DNA of 63,793 nucleotides from an uncultured virus (IMG/VR IMGVR_UViG_3300043775_001647) (IMGVR_UViG_3300043775_001647); one strand, 5' to 3'; positions 8,919-18,571 are shown, counted from the first letter of the stretch. Translations and numbers: made by a program. The notes: generated by a model from the sequence alone, not told the origin.

Positions 8919-10807
8919 TTGTTTATAATTATTTTTGAAGTTGAAATTTTAGTATCTGTTTTAACTGATAAGAAATACAAACCATCTTCTAACTTAGTTA
9001 AGTTAACAACGTATTTGTAGTCTCCTGCAGGCATTTTGGTGTTTAACACCTCCATTACCTTTCTGCCAATCAGATCGCTAACCATTACTTCGGTTTGTGA
9101 TTCTTGTTCTACTCTGAATTGAACATTAATTATTCCATCGTTTGGATTTGGAAATACTAATAAGTCTTTAAGTTCGTCAAGCTTGATTGCTTTCTTAACT
9201 CTCCTTACTTCAATCACTCCCATTGCTGGTGTAATGTTCATATCCCTTGCATCATTACCTCCCACGTATTTAGGTCCAGTCCAGATAGCTGCGGAACCCC
9301 ATTCATCTTGAGGCTTCTTAGCGATGAACTGAATGTTAAATACATTCTCACCGTCATTTACTAATTGATTTCCTTTTAAGTCAGCTGCACCAAATGCAAC
9401 TACTCCGTCAGATGGGTTAGTGTATGAAGTCCAGTTCATCATCTTCTCAGTTAAATCGATTTTCTTAAACTCTAATAATGCTGTATCATACTTTAATTCT
9501 AATTGAATTGCTCCTAATTGTTTTCCGTCGGTAAGCATTCTTACAGGAACGTTAACTAAGTTACCTTCGTCAACTTTAATTTTAGGCATGTTAACTTCAA
9601 TAGTTTCAGTTACATTGTCGTACTGAACTGTGTTATCGATAATGTAGTTTTTAGCATTTGCTGAGTTGATAATCTTAATAGGAGTCAAACGAGCCATTTT
9701 AAATCCTGTGGAGTTTGCATCTCCTTTAACAGCTACATAGTAAGTGATAGAATCTCTTCCATCTACCGAGTATGTGAAGTTATTAACTGTTGAGTAAGTA
9801 GAAGTCAAGTTAGAGCTTGCTCCGTTGATTGCATTATATTCGGCAACTGTAAAGAACATTACATCCTTCTTAGAGTTAGGCCAAGCAGAGAATCTACCTG
9901 CTAATCTTCCATATACTGAATAAACGTCTGCAATGCTAATTAAACCATCAGTTCCGTTAACGTCCATTGTGTAGTAATCAAATCCTGCAGGAGTGTATTG
10001 ACCTAAGATAGATTGATTGATCTTCTGTGCATCTGCAGTAGAGAATACGTTACCGGGAGTCATTGTATCTCCTTTAACGACAATTCTAACATCCCAGTAA
10101 GTAGTATCTAAGAATTTTCTAAATACTGTAACTCCATTAGAGTTAGTCTTCTGTACTGCAATTTCAGTCCAGGTAGAAGAACTTTTAGCTCTTTTCTCTA
10201 AACTAACTGTTAAGTTTTTAGCATCTGTACCTGTAACGTTCTTAAACTTAGTAGCAAATCTTAATACCTTCTGATTGAAACGACCACCGTAAGAGTAAAC
10301 TACCAAGGTAGTATCATTACCCCAGTTAGTAGCAGCTCTGTTAGAGAATGACTTAACACCTGATACTTTTAAAGTCTTAATAGAATCTAAAGTGTTCCAT
10401 GTAGACTCACCAGCATGGGTAAAAGTTAAATCAAAGGTTGCTCCATTAGAGTAGTTAAAAGTTGAGTTAGTACCTGTGTAAGCTAAAGTAACTGTTAAGA
10501 ACCCTTGAGTATTACTATCAACATACTGTAAGTATTGATCGGTAGCAGAGATCTTTAAGGTAGGTACAACTGCAGTAAATGCAGTATTATCGTAGAATAC
10601 ACGAAACTGCACACCTGTAATTTTCTCAGAAGTAGAAGTGTTGTAGAAATGCAAAGGGGCAACAGTCTGTCCGACAGTAGTGGTTGCTACTTGATAACCA
10701 GAATCAATTACCACCCAGTGCCCTGTTCCAGGTGATGTTGAAGATGATTGTGCCGATACTCCGAAAACGGCCAATGCCGTCAGAAGGAATGCGATGAGTT
10801 TTTTCAT
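8915..10807 (-). CDS. T9SS (Por secretion system) cargo protein with cohesin-like and dockerin-like domains
   Basis: Signal peptide; cohesin-like GVQFRVFYD and VNVPV..GAIQLELKYDTALLEF; dockerin-like STADAQKI..DVNGTDGLISIAD; type A CTD VFPNP..DLIGRKV..LEDGLYFLSV..KIIINK. Confidence 0.85.
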   Translation of the reverse strand: MKKLIAFLLTALAVFGVSAQSSSTSPGTGHWVVIDSGYQVATTTVGQTVAPLHFYNTSTSEKITGVQFRVFYDNTAFTAVVPTLKISATDQYLQYVDSNTQGFLTVTLAYTGTNSTFNYSNGATFDLTFTHAGESTWNTLDSIKTLKVSGVKSFSNRAATNWGNDTTLVVYSYGGRFNQKVLRFATKFKNVTGTDAKNLTVSLEKRAKSSSTWTEIAVQKTNSNGVTVFRKFLDTTYWDVRIVVKGDTMTPGNVFSTADAQKINQSILGQYTPAGFDYYTMDVNGTDGLISIADVYSVYGRLAGRFSAWPNSKKDVMFFTVAEYNAINGASSNLTSTYSTVNNFTYSVDGRDSITYYVAVKGDANSTGFKMARLTPIKIINSANAKNYIIDNTVQYDNVTETIEVNMPKIKVDEGNLVNVPVRMLTDGKQLGAIQLELKYDTALLEFKKIDLTEKMMNWTSYTNPSDGVVAFGAADLKGNQLVNDGENVFNIQFIAKKPQDEWGSAAIWTGPKYVGGNDARDMNITPAMGVIEVRRVKKAIKLDELKDLLVFPNPNDGIINVQFRVEQESQTEVMVSDLIGRKVMEVLNTKMPAGDYKYVVNLTKLEDGLYFLSVKTDTKISTSKIIINK

Positions 10808-11268
10808 TTTTGTATATTAATTAGTTGTTTTATTGCATGTTGTTTTAACCAAGGTTCAGGATTAGTAAGCTTATCAATGAAGGTAAGCTCATACCTGTAA
10901 CACCATGCCTCCTCTTGTTCAGGAGTAATGATGTACCCTTTTTGTAAAACATGCAAATGTAAACTCTCATGAACCAACACTACAGCGAGGTTGTTAATTG
11001 AATTTAACTTTACATCTTTAACAGCAACTAGGATTGTTCCTTTGTTTCCATAACTTCCATCATTAGATGAAAACCCTGAAGACCAGAACTCAACTCTATT
11101 ACAAACACTATCAATCAGCTGATATTTTTCAATATCGGTCTTTTGAATTAATGTTAACGCTGAATCTATTTTCTTATCCCATCCGTCACCGGCTTTATCT
11201 ATCCTAATCTGGCTAGAAGAAAAACTGGTTATCAAAGAAGTTAAGGCAAACAGAAGCAGTGCTTTCAT
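10804..11268 (-). CDS. exported HExxH zinc metallopeptidase-like protein
   Basis: Signal peptide; VLVHESLH plus downstream EE (EQEEAWCY). Confidence 0.65.
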   Translation of the reverse strand: MKALLLFALTSLITSFSSSQIRIDKAGDGWDKKIDSALTLIQKTDIEKYQLIDSVCNRVEFWSSGFSSNDGSYGNKGTILVAVKDVKLNSINNLAVVLVHESLHLHVLQKGYIITPEQEEAWCYRYELTFIDKLTNPEPWLKQHAIKQLINIQK

Positions 11269-11281
11269 TTCATATAAATAG

Positions 11282-11308
11282 AAAAAGGTCTGCGTTAACA
11301 GACCCTTT
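11282..11308 (-). terminator. intrinsic terminator after the RNR gene
   Basis: Minus strand GGTCTG-TTAACG-CAGACC followed by TTTTT. Confidence 0.75.
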
Positions 11309-11329
11309 CTTAAATTTTTTTGATTAAGA

Positions 11330-13186
11330 TTATTTTACTTCACAAGCACCGCCGGCACAAGCCGCTTCTGCTGCTAAGTCAGTCATATCTTCCAACTCAA
11401 CTACTTTACTTAAATCAACTTCTTTCAAAGTTTCCATCAAAGCATTATACTCTTCTTCCGTGCAATCGGTAAAAGGAGCCTGGACGTAAGTATGTCCGTC
11501 GAATGGTAATACTGAAAGTCCATTGTAAAACTTTCTATTCTCCCACATCCATTCTCCAACTGCATCCCATTCGTCATTCTTGATTGAGACTGTAGCTGAA
11601 ACGTTATGAGTATTGTTTCCTTTTCTATGACCGGGCTTAATCCATTCCTTAGTTACCTGCTTTACTCTTTCTAATAAATCAAAAGGTGATTCTGTTCTCA
11701 GGATTGCACCTTCAGGAGCCTTTTGAGGTACCGTAATGATTGCAGTATCATGAGGACGGAACTTATCATCTTCCAATAATTCTGGATGGTAAATGCTTAG
11801 GTAAGTATAAATTGCTTCGTTCTTACCTACTCTCACTCTTCTTAGGTAATAGTCATTATGCCATGCATGAATTCCACTAGAGGTTCCAAGTGCTAGAGAG
11901 GTTGTGCCTGCTGGCTTAACTGTAGTACATCTTGCGGCACTGTTGATTCCTAAAATCTTAGCAACCCTTTCATTTTCTAACTTTACTACTTCAGCTGCTT
12001 TAATCATATCGTAGCTAGTTACAACTCCTGAGCCAATACCGGTCATTGATACTCCGATCAAAGCTTCTTTCTCTGTAGTTCTTTTCCAAACCTCTCTTAG
12101 GTAGTGGAAGTTAGAGTAGCCGGCCTGTAAAGTTCCGATCAAGGCTGCTGCTTTAACTCTACCATCTAAATCCTCTTGAGTCTCAATATCCGAAACATTT
12201 ACTTCACATAAATTACAGAATTGGAAAGGACGTAGAGCAATCTCACAGCATGGATTAGTTCCCCACTCAGCATTGTTGGTGAAGTAAACCCCTGGTTCAC
12301 CTGCTCCTGATGCTTCGATTCTCTTCCAGATATCCCAGAATTGTTCTTTCTCAGTAATTGATCTTACTAAAACAGCTGAGTTATTAGCTCTACCGCGTTG
12401 AGGATTTAATTCCCACCAAGCACCCGACTTACAAGAAATCATTTCATCATCGTCAGGAGAGAATAGAGAAATTAAAGCAGCTCTTCTAATACCGCCAGCC
12501 AATACTGCATCTGCAATATGACAAACTATATCATGAACTTCGATGGTGGTTAATTTATCACCATCTTCTTTTGCTTCAAGCATACCCTGTAACTTAACCA
12601 AACACTCTCTCAAAGGGCCTGGTCCTGGTGCTTTACCGCCGGCAGTAATTAATCTTGCTCCTTTTGGTCTAATATCTGAGAAGTCAAACTCAATAGAAGA
12701 AGTTCCTCTAAAGTAAGACTTCATTAATACCTTAACTGCATCAGCCCATCCTTCAATAGAGTCCCCGATAAGGAATCTTTTCTTTCGGTTTTTTTTAGGC
12801 TTTCTAATTTCAGGAAGCTTTTCGATGTGATCGTATTGAACTGAATAACCAACCCCGGTTCCTCCTAATAATAAGAACATCACTTCGCCGAAAGCTCTCC
12901 AATCATCGATTGGTAGGAATGCGCAGTTGTAGATACGTGCTGGATTTACTTCGATAGGGCGTCCTGCAAACTGCATTGATCTCATTGAAGGTAAAACCTT
13001 TTTGTCATAGACGTACTTATAAGCTGCTTCAATCTCCTCTTTCAATTGAGGATACTTCTTTTGATGCATCTCTTTGTTTCTTGTAACCAACTCTTGCCAT
13101 GTTTCTCTTCTATTCAAATGCGGTTGGTATTTCGCATATTTCATGAAAACTGTAATCTCGCTTAAAATTTTTGTTGAAATGTCCAT
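11330..13186 (-). CDS. nrdJ: class II (adenosylcobalamin-dependent) ribonucleotide reductase
   Basis: TNPCCEI..QFCNLCE, TTVKPAGTTSL, C-terminal CAGGACEV; no beta-subunit gene adjacent. Confidence 0.9.
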   Translation of the reverse strand: MDISTKILSEITVFMKYAKYQPHLNRRETWQELVTRNKEMHQKKYPQLKEEIEAAYKYVYDKKVLPSMRSMQFAGRPIEVNPARIYNCAFLPIDDWRAFGEVMFLLLGGTGVGYSVQYDHIEKLPEIRKPKKNRKKRFLIGDSIEGWADAVKVLMKSYFRGTSSIEFDFSDIRPKGARLITAGGKAPGPGPLRECLVKLQGMLEAKEDGDKLTTIEVHDIVCHIADAVLAGGIRRAALISLFSPDDDEMISCKSGAWWELNPQRGRANNSAVLVRSITEKEQFWDIWKRIEASGAGEPGVYFTNNAEWGTNPCCEIALRPFQFCNLCEVNVSDIETQEDLDGRVKAAALIGTLQAGYSNFHYLREVWKRTTEKEALIGVSMTGIGSGVVTSYDMIKAAEVVKLENERVAKILGINSAARCTTVKPAGTTSLALGTSSGIHAWHNDYYLRRVRVGKNEAIYTYLSIYHPELLEDDKFRPHDTAIITVPQKAPEGAILRTESPFDLLERVKQVTKEWIKPGHRKGNNTHNVSATVSIKNDEWDAVGEWMWENRKFYNGLSVLPFDGHTYVQAPFTDCTEEEYNALMETLKEVDLSKVVELEDMTDLAAEAACAGGACEVK

Positions 13187-13246
13187 TATATTAATTTGTA
13201 TTGTATTTAATAACTAGCCGGTTTTTTTAAAAAATTCCCGGTTTTT

Positions 13247-14617
13247 TTAAGAAAAAGATGAAAGTTTCATGAATTTCTTAGCTAATTCCTTCTTATCGAA
13301 GCTATCTACCTGGGAAAATGTTGTGGGTGTGTTAGAAGTGGTATCTTCGTAGGTCGGCATATCTTCGGTTAATTCGATATGACCGTTGTTAGTATCGATC
13401 TTTGCTCCGAAGGTCATTCCATCCATTCCGTATCGATTCTTCATAACGTGTACTCGGCCTGTTCCGTGAACCTTATCTTCTTTCTTTCTGGATAAAGATA
13501 AACAGAAGTCAGCAACCATGATCTTATCATATGATCCTGCTGCCTTATCTCCTTCGATAATATCGTCTTTTGCTCCCATTCGGTTAACCTGAGAAGGTGA
13601 TAGAACAACTACTTTAAATTCCTTAGCCATTCCCTTACATGCAACGTACATATCATCAATTTCATCTTTCCTTTCAGTAAACTTCTTGGAAGGTGGTCGG
13701 AGATAATCGATGTAGTCAATTACTACCATATCAGGTTTAATGTCTGCGTCAATGCACTTTTGAATATGGGCTTTCAAGGTTGCTACAGAGGCTGCTTTAG
13801 GTGGATACTCTTTTACTACTAGCTTACCGGCCAGACCCTCAACTATGCTCTCAACCTCCGGGCGGTGATGCTGTACTTCTTCGATTGAATGCCCGGTAAA
13901 GTAACAGTCAAATCGTTTACCAACGTAATCCTGTCCTAATTCTAGAGTATAGTAAATGACATTGTAACCCATCTTAACTGCGTGAGCTGCCATTGCAACC
14001 ATCATCCAAGATTTACCTCCCCCTGGGTTACCAAATACAATACCTAAATCACCAGCTCCAAAACCTCCTTGGGTTAATTGGTTCAACATAGGCCAAGGAG
14101 TAGGAACGGTGGGGCGATAATCCTCCCGGTAACGGGTCTCAATATCCTTATTATATTCGTGTCCAATGTTTCTATCCTGTCCGGCCTTTAACGCGTTATC
14201 AATCAAGTGCCGAATTGAATCGTAGTCACCTGAGTTTAGAAGGTCAACTGAATTTAATAGAGCTGTTTTTAATTGTTGGTTCTTACAGAAGGCAGTAAAT
14301 TCTTCTTCTACATACTGAAGTTCATCATCTGAATGTCGGTAAGCTTCTTTGATCTGCTCAACAATCGAAGTCTTAAGTACATCGTTATCTAGTTTTTTCA
14401 CTCCTATTTTTAGAGTATCCATTGAGATTACAGTATGGTATTTATTCCAATACTGTAAAATTTCATTGATAATCCATTTATGAGCAGGGTTTGGAAAGTG
14501 CTCATCGGATAAAATATCGTAGATATTCTGAACGAATTCTTTTCTTGTTAGTAATGCTCCGATTGTTTTTACTTGAAACGCCGGGCCGTAATCGCTTAGT
14601 ACTTTTAATGATGCCAT
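13247..14617 (-). CDS. dnaB: replicative DnaB-like helicase (T4 gp41-like)
   Basis: Walker A GNPGGGKS, YYTLE, VVIDYID, SQVNR, KNRYG. Confidence 0.9.
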   Translation of the reverse strand: MASLKVLSDYGPAFQVKTIGALLTRKEFVQNIYDILSDEHFPNPAHKWIINEILQYWNKYHTVISMDTLKIGVKKLDNDVLKTSIVEQIKEAYRHSDDELQYVEEEFTAFCKNQQLKTALLNSVDLLNSGDYDSIRHLIDNALKAGQDRNIGHEYNKDIETRYREDYRPTVPTPWPMLNQLTQGGFGAGDLGIVFGNPGGGKSWMMVAMAAHAVKMGYNVIYYTLELGQDYVGKRFDCYFTGHSIEEVQHHRPEVESIVEGLAGKLVVKEYPPKAASVATLKAHIQKCIDADIKPDMVVIDYIDYLRPPSKKFTERKDEIDDMYVACKGMAKEFKVVVLSPSQVNRMGAKDDIIEGDKAAGSYDKIMVADFCLSLSRKKEDKVHGTGRVHVMKNRYGMDGMTFGAKIDTNNGHIELTEDMPTYEDTTSNTPTTFSQVDSFDKKELAKKFMKLSSFS

Positions 14618-14662
14618 TTCTTATAACTTCTTTTTATAACTTATTTTAATTAATATACGAAC

Positions 14663-15391
14663 TTAATCTTTATAAATCCACCTATACCCTGCAGATTTAA
14701 ATACTTTTTCTCCTGCTTGATTCTTATGGCAACAATTACGAACTGCAGATGGTGAAAATCCAAACTCCCCAGTTTCTTTTAAACTCTTGAACTCCTTAAT
14801 AATTTCTCCGGTACTGTCATTTAACTGTAAAACAGCCCTCCATTTTTTTGGATTTTCTACTCCTTTTTTTGCTTCTGATATAGCTTTTTTTTCATCAGCA
14901 GTCCTAGGTATTCCTTTATTCCAAGAAGCAATTCCTCTTTTTGCTTCTGAAATTCGCTGCTTAGTTTCCTCAGTATGTGAAATACCTGTTCGTGTCGCTT
15001 TACCCCTTCTCCGTTCTGAGATTTGCTTTTTGTGTTTTTCGGTCAAAGTTTTTCCTTTATGTGTTTTTGAATTAGCTTCTTTGAATCCTAATCGGGCTTC
15101 TTCATATACTCTGGAGCTAGGTGTGTACCTACTTTGTTTGGGGTTATGCTGAGTGCACATCTTCCAGAAAGCGTAAGCCCGTGATTGACTATTCGGTTTA
15201 TCTCTATATAACAACCAATGCGCTATAAAATGTTCTCTAGCTGTTAATAATACCAAATTTTCTTTTGTATTAGAACCGCCTTCACTCTTAGGTACTATAT
15301 GGTGCTTTTCGTAGTAAGTTTCTTTTGTTTTTGTTCTGTTTTCTTGCTGTGCTTTTTGCACCAGTAAATTGTAATGTTTGTAATATTCCAT
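14663..15391 (-). mobile_element. free-standing HNH homing endonuclease with NUMOD3 repeats and C-terminal NUMOD1-like HTH
   Basis: EKHHIVPKSEGGSN..ENLVLLTAREHFIAHWLL; HTEETKQRISEA-type repeats; KSAGYRW terminus. Confidence 0.88.
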
Positions 15392-15480
15392 TTATTATAA
15401 ATAGTCTTAACATCAACATTCTACTATATACTGCAAATAAAAAGTTTTTTAGAAAATTAAACTTATTTTAGTATTTGTCA

Positions 15481-15816
15481 TTACTCACCTCCTCCGTAGG
15501 TTTGTTCAATTAATTTTTTAAGACAAGCAAGTTCTGCTTCTTCGTAGGTTTCAAATCCAAATCCTTTCGTCCAATTTATTTGGTAGTAGTAAAACGAAAA
15601 CTCTTTGTCGGTGTCTTTTTTAAATCCAATATAAGAATCTACATAGTGCTTCTCTCTAAACCATCTAAATGCCATAGCGTTACACACTGTTCTATGAATA
15701 TCATCTGGGGGTAGTTCATCAAGATACTCAGGTTTCATGTCAGTGTCGGCTAGATTGTGTGTCTCAGCTAACCACTCAAAAAAGTTTAAGTCTTCTAATT
15801 CTGTGTATAGTTTCAT
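15481..15816 (-). CDS. small hypothetical protein, paralogue of 17012-17446
   Basis: Shares AFRWFRE and YEEAELACLKKLIE; ends EQTYGGGE. Confidence 0.75.
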   Translation of the reverse strand: MKLYTELEDLNFFEWLAETHNLADTDMKPEYLDELPPDDIHRTVCNAMAFRWFREKHYVDSYIGFKKDTDKEFSFYYYQINWTKGFGFETYEEAELACLKKLIEQTYGGGE

Positions 15817-15834
15817 TTGTTACCTCCGTATGTT

Positions 15835-16050
15835 TTATTTACAAAACTTTTCTAATTTTTGAAGATTAATTATTCCTAATTCTTCACATGCAGACATAGA
15901 TAATTTTACTTCATCTACATTGAAACCTTTTTCAATAATAAAAGTTGCAATGTGTGAACGATTATCAATATGTATAGCAGTTACACGATGGGTAGCGTCT
16001 TTTAGGTCTTTATTGAACCATGTAAGTCCCCAAACTATTACTTTACTCAT
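15835..16050 (-). CDS. small hypothetical protein
   Basis: ATG lies in a junction repeat. Confidence 0.65.
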   Translation of the reverse strand: MSKVIVWGLTWFNKDLKDATHRVTAIHIDNRSHIATFIIEKGFNVDEVKLSMSACEELGIINLQKLEKFCK

Positions 16051-16240
16051 TTGTTACCTTCTTTTTACAATCTTGGTTTCTTCCAAAAACTTCATCGATG
16101 GTATTATCACTATATCCATCAAGTTTTAATGCTAATTCAAGTGCTTCTCTAATAGCATAAGGATAATTACAAGACTTTGTGTCAATTGTTACAATTGCAG
16201 TTTGTCTTTCTTCGTTAGTTCTGTTAATAGTTATTATCAT
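16043..16240 (-). CDS. small hypothetical protein
   Basis: ATG lies in a junction repeat. Confidence 0.65.
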   Translation of the reverse strand: MIITINRTNEERQTAIVTIDTKSCNYPYAIREALELALKLDGYSDNTIDEVFGRNQDCKKKVTNE

Positions 16241-16256
16241 TTGTTACCTCCGTATG

Positions 16257-16484
16257 TTAAATTACTAAATTTACTTGGGCTATTCCTGAATCGTTTGAAA
16301 TGAATATTTTAATACCCATAAATGTTTCAACTTTTACAATACCTTCATAGTCTTTAATGACAGACCTTATCATGAAGTCTTTTGTTGATTCATTCATTAA
16401 AATACCAATCGGCTTTTTATTATTTTGTGATTCGTATTTCTCTATTTTAAATACAATATCAGCCATTAATTCATCATATGTCAT
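16257..16484 (-). CDS. small hypothetical protein
   Basis: ATG lies in a junction repeat. Confidence 0.65.
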   Translation of the reverse strand: MTYDELMADIVFKIEKYESQNNKKPIGILMNESTKDFMIRSVIKDYEGIVKVETFMGIKIFISNDSGIAQVNLVI

Positions 16485-16807
16485 TTGTTACCTCCTCCGT
16501 AGGTTTGTTCGTAGTATTGTTCACCAGTTAGTGGTAGCGTACTTTCAGGATAATCAATTCCATGAACTGTTCCTTTGTTGTATGCAGTTTCAATTCTTTG
16601 CTTCTCCATTTCTTTGGCTTGTTCAAGTAATTCAATATACTGAATCTCAAATTCTTTAAGTGATATTTCCTCATTGTTTAATTTTGTAAGTAAATCCACA
16701 TAAGATTTTGCTAACCACTCTACTGCTAACTTATTGTTTGTCCTATTTTCTGTGTTTGTGTAAACCTGAATTATGTTTTTAAGTTTATTTATTTTATTGT
16801 TTGTCAT
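16481..16807 (-). CDS. small hypothetical protein
   Basis: MTNNK start; AVEWL..LEQAKEMEKQRI..EQYYEQTYGGGNK. Confidence 0.7.
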   Translation of the reverse strand: MTNNKINKLKNIIQVYTNTENRTNNKLAVEWLAKSYVDLLTKLNNEEISLKEFEIQYIELLEQAKEMEKQRIETAYNKGTVHGIDYPESTLPLTGEQYYEQTYGGGNK

Positions 16808-17025
16808 TTGTTACCTCCTTCGTAGGTTAATTCAATTACCTTAAACTCAAGTATTCCAATATTGTTATTGCTATTTACAAAATGTTCAATTTCACCCAAT
16901 GTTGTATTCTCGTTACATAACATTGATGGATTTATAACCTTCCAATCATCTGGGCTAATTTGAATACTTGTCTTAAAAGTTGCTACAAATTGTTTCACTG
17001 CCGTTTGTTGTTTATTGTTTTCCAT
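16804..17025 (-). CDS. small hypothetical protein
   Basis: MENNKQQT start, TYEGGNK end. Confidence 0.65.
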   Translation of the reverse strand: MENNKQQTAVKQFVATFKTSIQISPDDWKVINPSMLCNENTTLGEIEHFVNSNNNIGILEFKVIELTYEGGNK

Positions 17026-17446
17026 TTACTATTTCAATTAATTTTTTAAGACAAGCAAGTTCTGCTTCTTCGTATGGTTGATATTTCATCTCCCATTGTT
17101 TAGGGTCTGTATTATAATGACCAATAACAGAAATATCCCACCAGGTAGTTTTATTAATTAGTCCTCCAATATAATTGATTTGACATCTAAGATTGTGGTT
17201 CTCTCTAAACCATCTAAATGCTTGTGAGAATGTTGGTGCTCCGAACCATTTTAACCTATCATGTTTTTGAAAAGGTATATAATCTCCTGATGCATCTCTT
17301 ATATTGTTAAAGTAAAATGATTCAGCATTTTTTCCATCATAAAAAGCTAAACAAGGTTCATCAAATCCAAGTTGCTTTAACTCTAAAGCAAGTTCGTAGG
17401 GTACAAATTCTTTGTTCATCTCCGTTTGTTGTTTATTGTTTGTCAT
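17012..17446 (-). CDS. small hypothetical protein
   Basis: MTNNKQQT start; FVPYELALELKQLGFDEPC, QAFRWFRE, YEEAELACLKKLIE; promoter TTG-N20-TATATTAA at 17451-17481. Confidence 0.75.
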   Translation of the reverse strand: MTNNKQQTEMNKEFVPYELALELKQLGFDEPCLAFYDGKNAESFYFNNIRDASGDYIPFQKHDRLKWFGAPTFSQAFRWFRENHNLRCQINYIGGLINKTTWWDISVIGHYNTDPKQWEMKYQPYEEAELACLKKLIEIVNGKQ

Positions 17447-17463
17447 AACCTTAATATATGAAA

Positions 17464-18504
17464 TTATTTGAATTTAGACAACTTAAAAAAGGTATCTGTT
17501 GCCCAATAATCAACATTCTTAATAAAATGTGCCAGGCCGTCCATCTCATAAAGCTCAACGAAATGGTTCTTGTGAAAGTCGTTATTCTCTTCGTTGATGA
17601 GTCCGTTAATGTAATCAATCTGTCTATCATCTAAGATTGGATTCTTAAGATCCATTAACTTATAATGGTTAAGTAGGTTCTGACGTGCAAATAATACCCG
17701 GGCATAGATCTGGTGCTCTGTTAAATGATCTTCAGCATAGTCGAAGATATCCTGCATTGACATCGGAACATCTAAGATATCCGGGAATAATTTTAAAAGC
17801 GTCTTTGGTCCTAATCCTTTAATGCCTTCAATCTTATCTGATTGGTCTCCAAGCATTGTTTTGTAGATAATAAAATTATCTGGATGAACCATAAATTCTC
17901 TCTTAACGTCTTTTGGTCCGTAAAATACTTTTGTAACCGGTCTATAGAGAGTTACGTGGTCGTTAACTAGCTGAAGGTAATCCTTATCAGATGAAACAAT
18001 AATCATCTGTGAATTAAACCTCCGGGGTAACTCTTTAGCCATGTAAGCAATCATATCGTCTGCCTCTGCCTTATCGATCATCCCAACTTTAATTGGTAAA
18101 CACTGAAGGTAATGAATGATCCTGGTTATCTGCCCAACCTTTGCATCATTTTCATCATCTAAGGATTCAAAAGCATCCCAGTTTGTAATTCGGTTAATCC
18201 CTCTGTTTGACTTATATTCAGGCAGTAAATTCTTTCTGTTGGTAGAAGATCCTACTCCGTCGAAGATTACGTAAACGCCTGTCGGCTGTACCAGTTGAAT
18301 TAATGAACCTAATGATCTAATGAATCCGGCCAGACCTCCAATGTGGGCTCCGTCGTTGTTAGTCATATTGATAGTTGCAAAGTTTCTAAAGAATAGATTC
18401 AATGCATCAATAACTAATACGCGGGAGTGAAAATTTTCGTCTGTGGGTATTACTTCTTCTACCTCCTTGATGTTAGCAAGTAAGGCTTTGTATTCTGCTT
18501 TCAT
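17464..18504 (-). CDS. 5'-3' exonuclease / flap endonuclease (T4 RNase H, PolI N-terminal family)
   Basis: LVIDALN, VIFDG, YKSNR, EADD, SSDKDYLQL, GDQSDKIEGIKGLGPKT. Confidence 0.93.
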   Translation of the reverse strand: MKAEYKALLANIKEVEEVIPTDENFHSRVLVIDALNLFFRNFATINMTNNDGAHIGGLAGFIRSLGSLIQLVQPTGVYVIFDGVGSSTNRKNLLPEYKSNRGINRITNWDAFESLDDENDAKVGQITRIIHYLQCLPIKVGMIDKAEADDMIAYMAKELPRRFNSQMIIVSSDKDYLQLVNDHVTLYRPVTKVFYGPKDVKREFMVHPDNFIIYKTMLGDQSDKIEGIKGLGPKTLLKLFPDILDVPMSMQDIFDYAEDHLTEHQIYARVLFARQNLLNHYKLMDLKNPILDDRQIDYINGLINEENNDFHKNHFVELYEMDGLAHFIKNVDYWATDTFFKLSKFK

Positions 18505-18571
18505 AACTTATTCTAATATAATAAAAAAGCCCTTGACTTGCAAGGGCTCTTAAATGTTTATTTTTTGTTAA

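Larger units (their letters stand above)
15487..16828 (-). repeat. six copies of gene-junction repeat AACMTACGGAGG(AGG)TAACAAATG
   Basis: Copies at about 15487-15507, 15813-15834, 16047-16059 (partial), 16237-16258, 16481-16510, 16804-16828. Confidence 0.85.

Noticed and set aside
11330..14617. Inteins or introns in RNR and helicase
   Set aside because: Both ORFs are continuous, of ordinary length, with no splicing motifs seen
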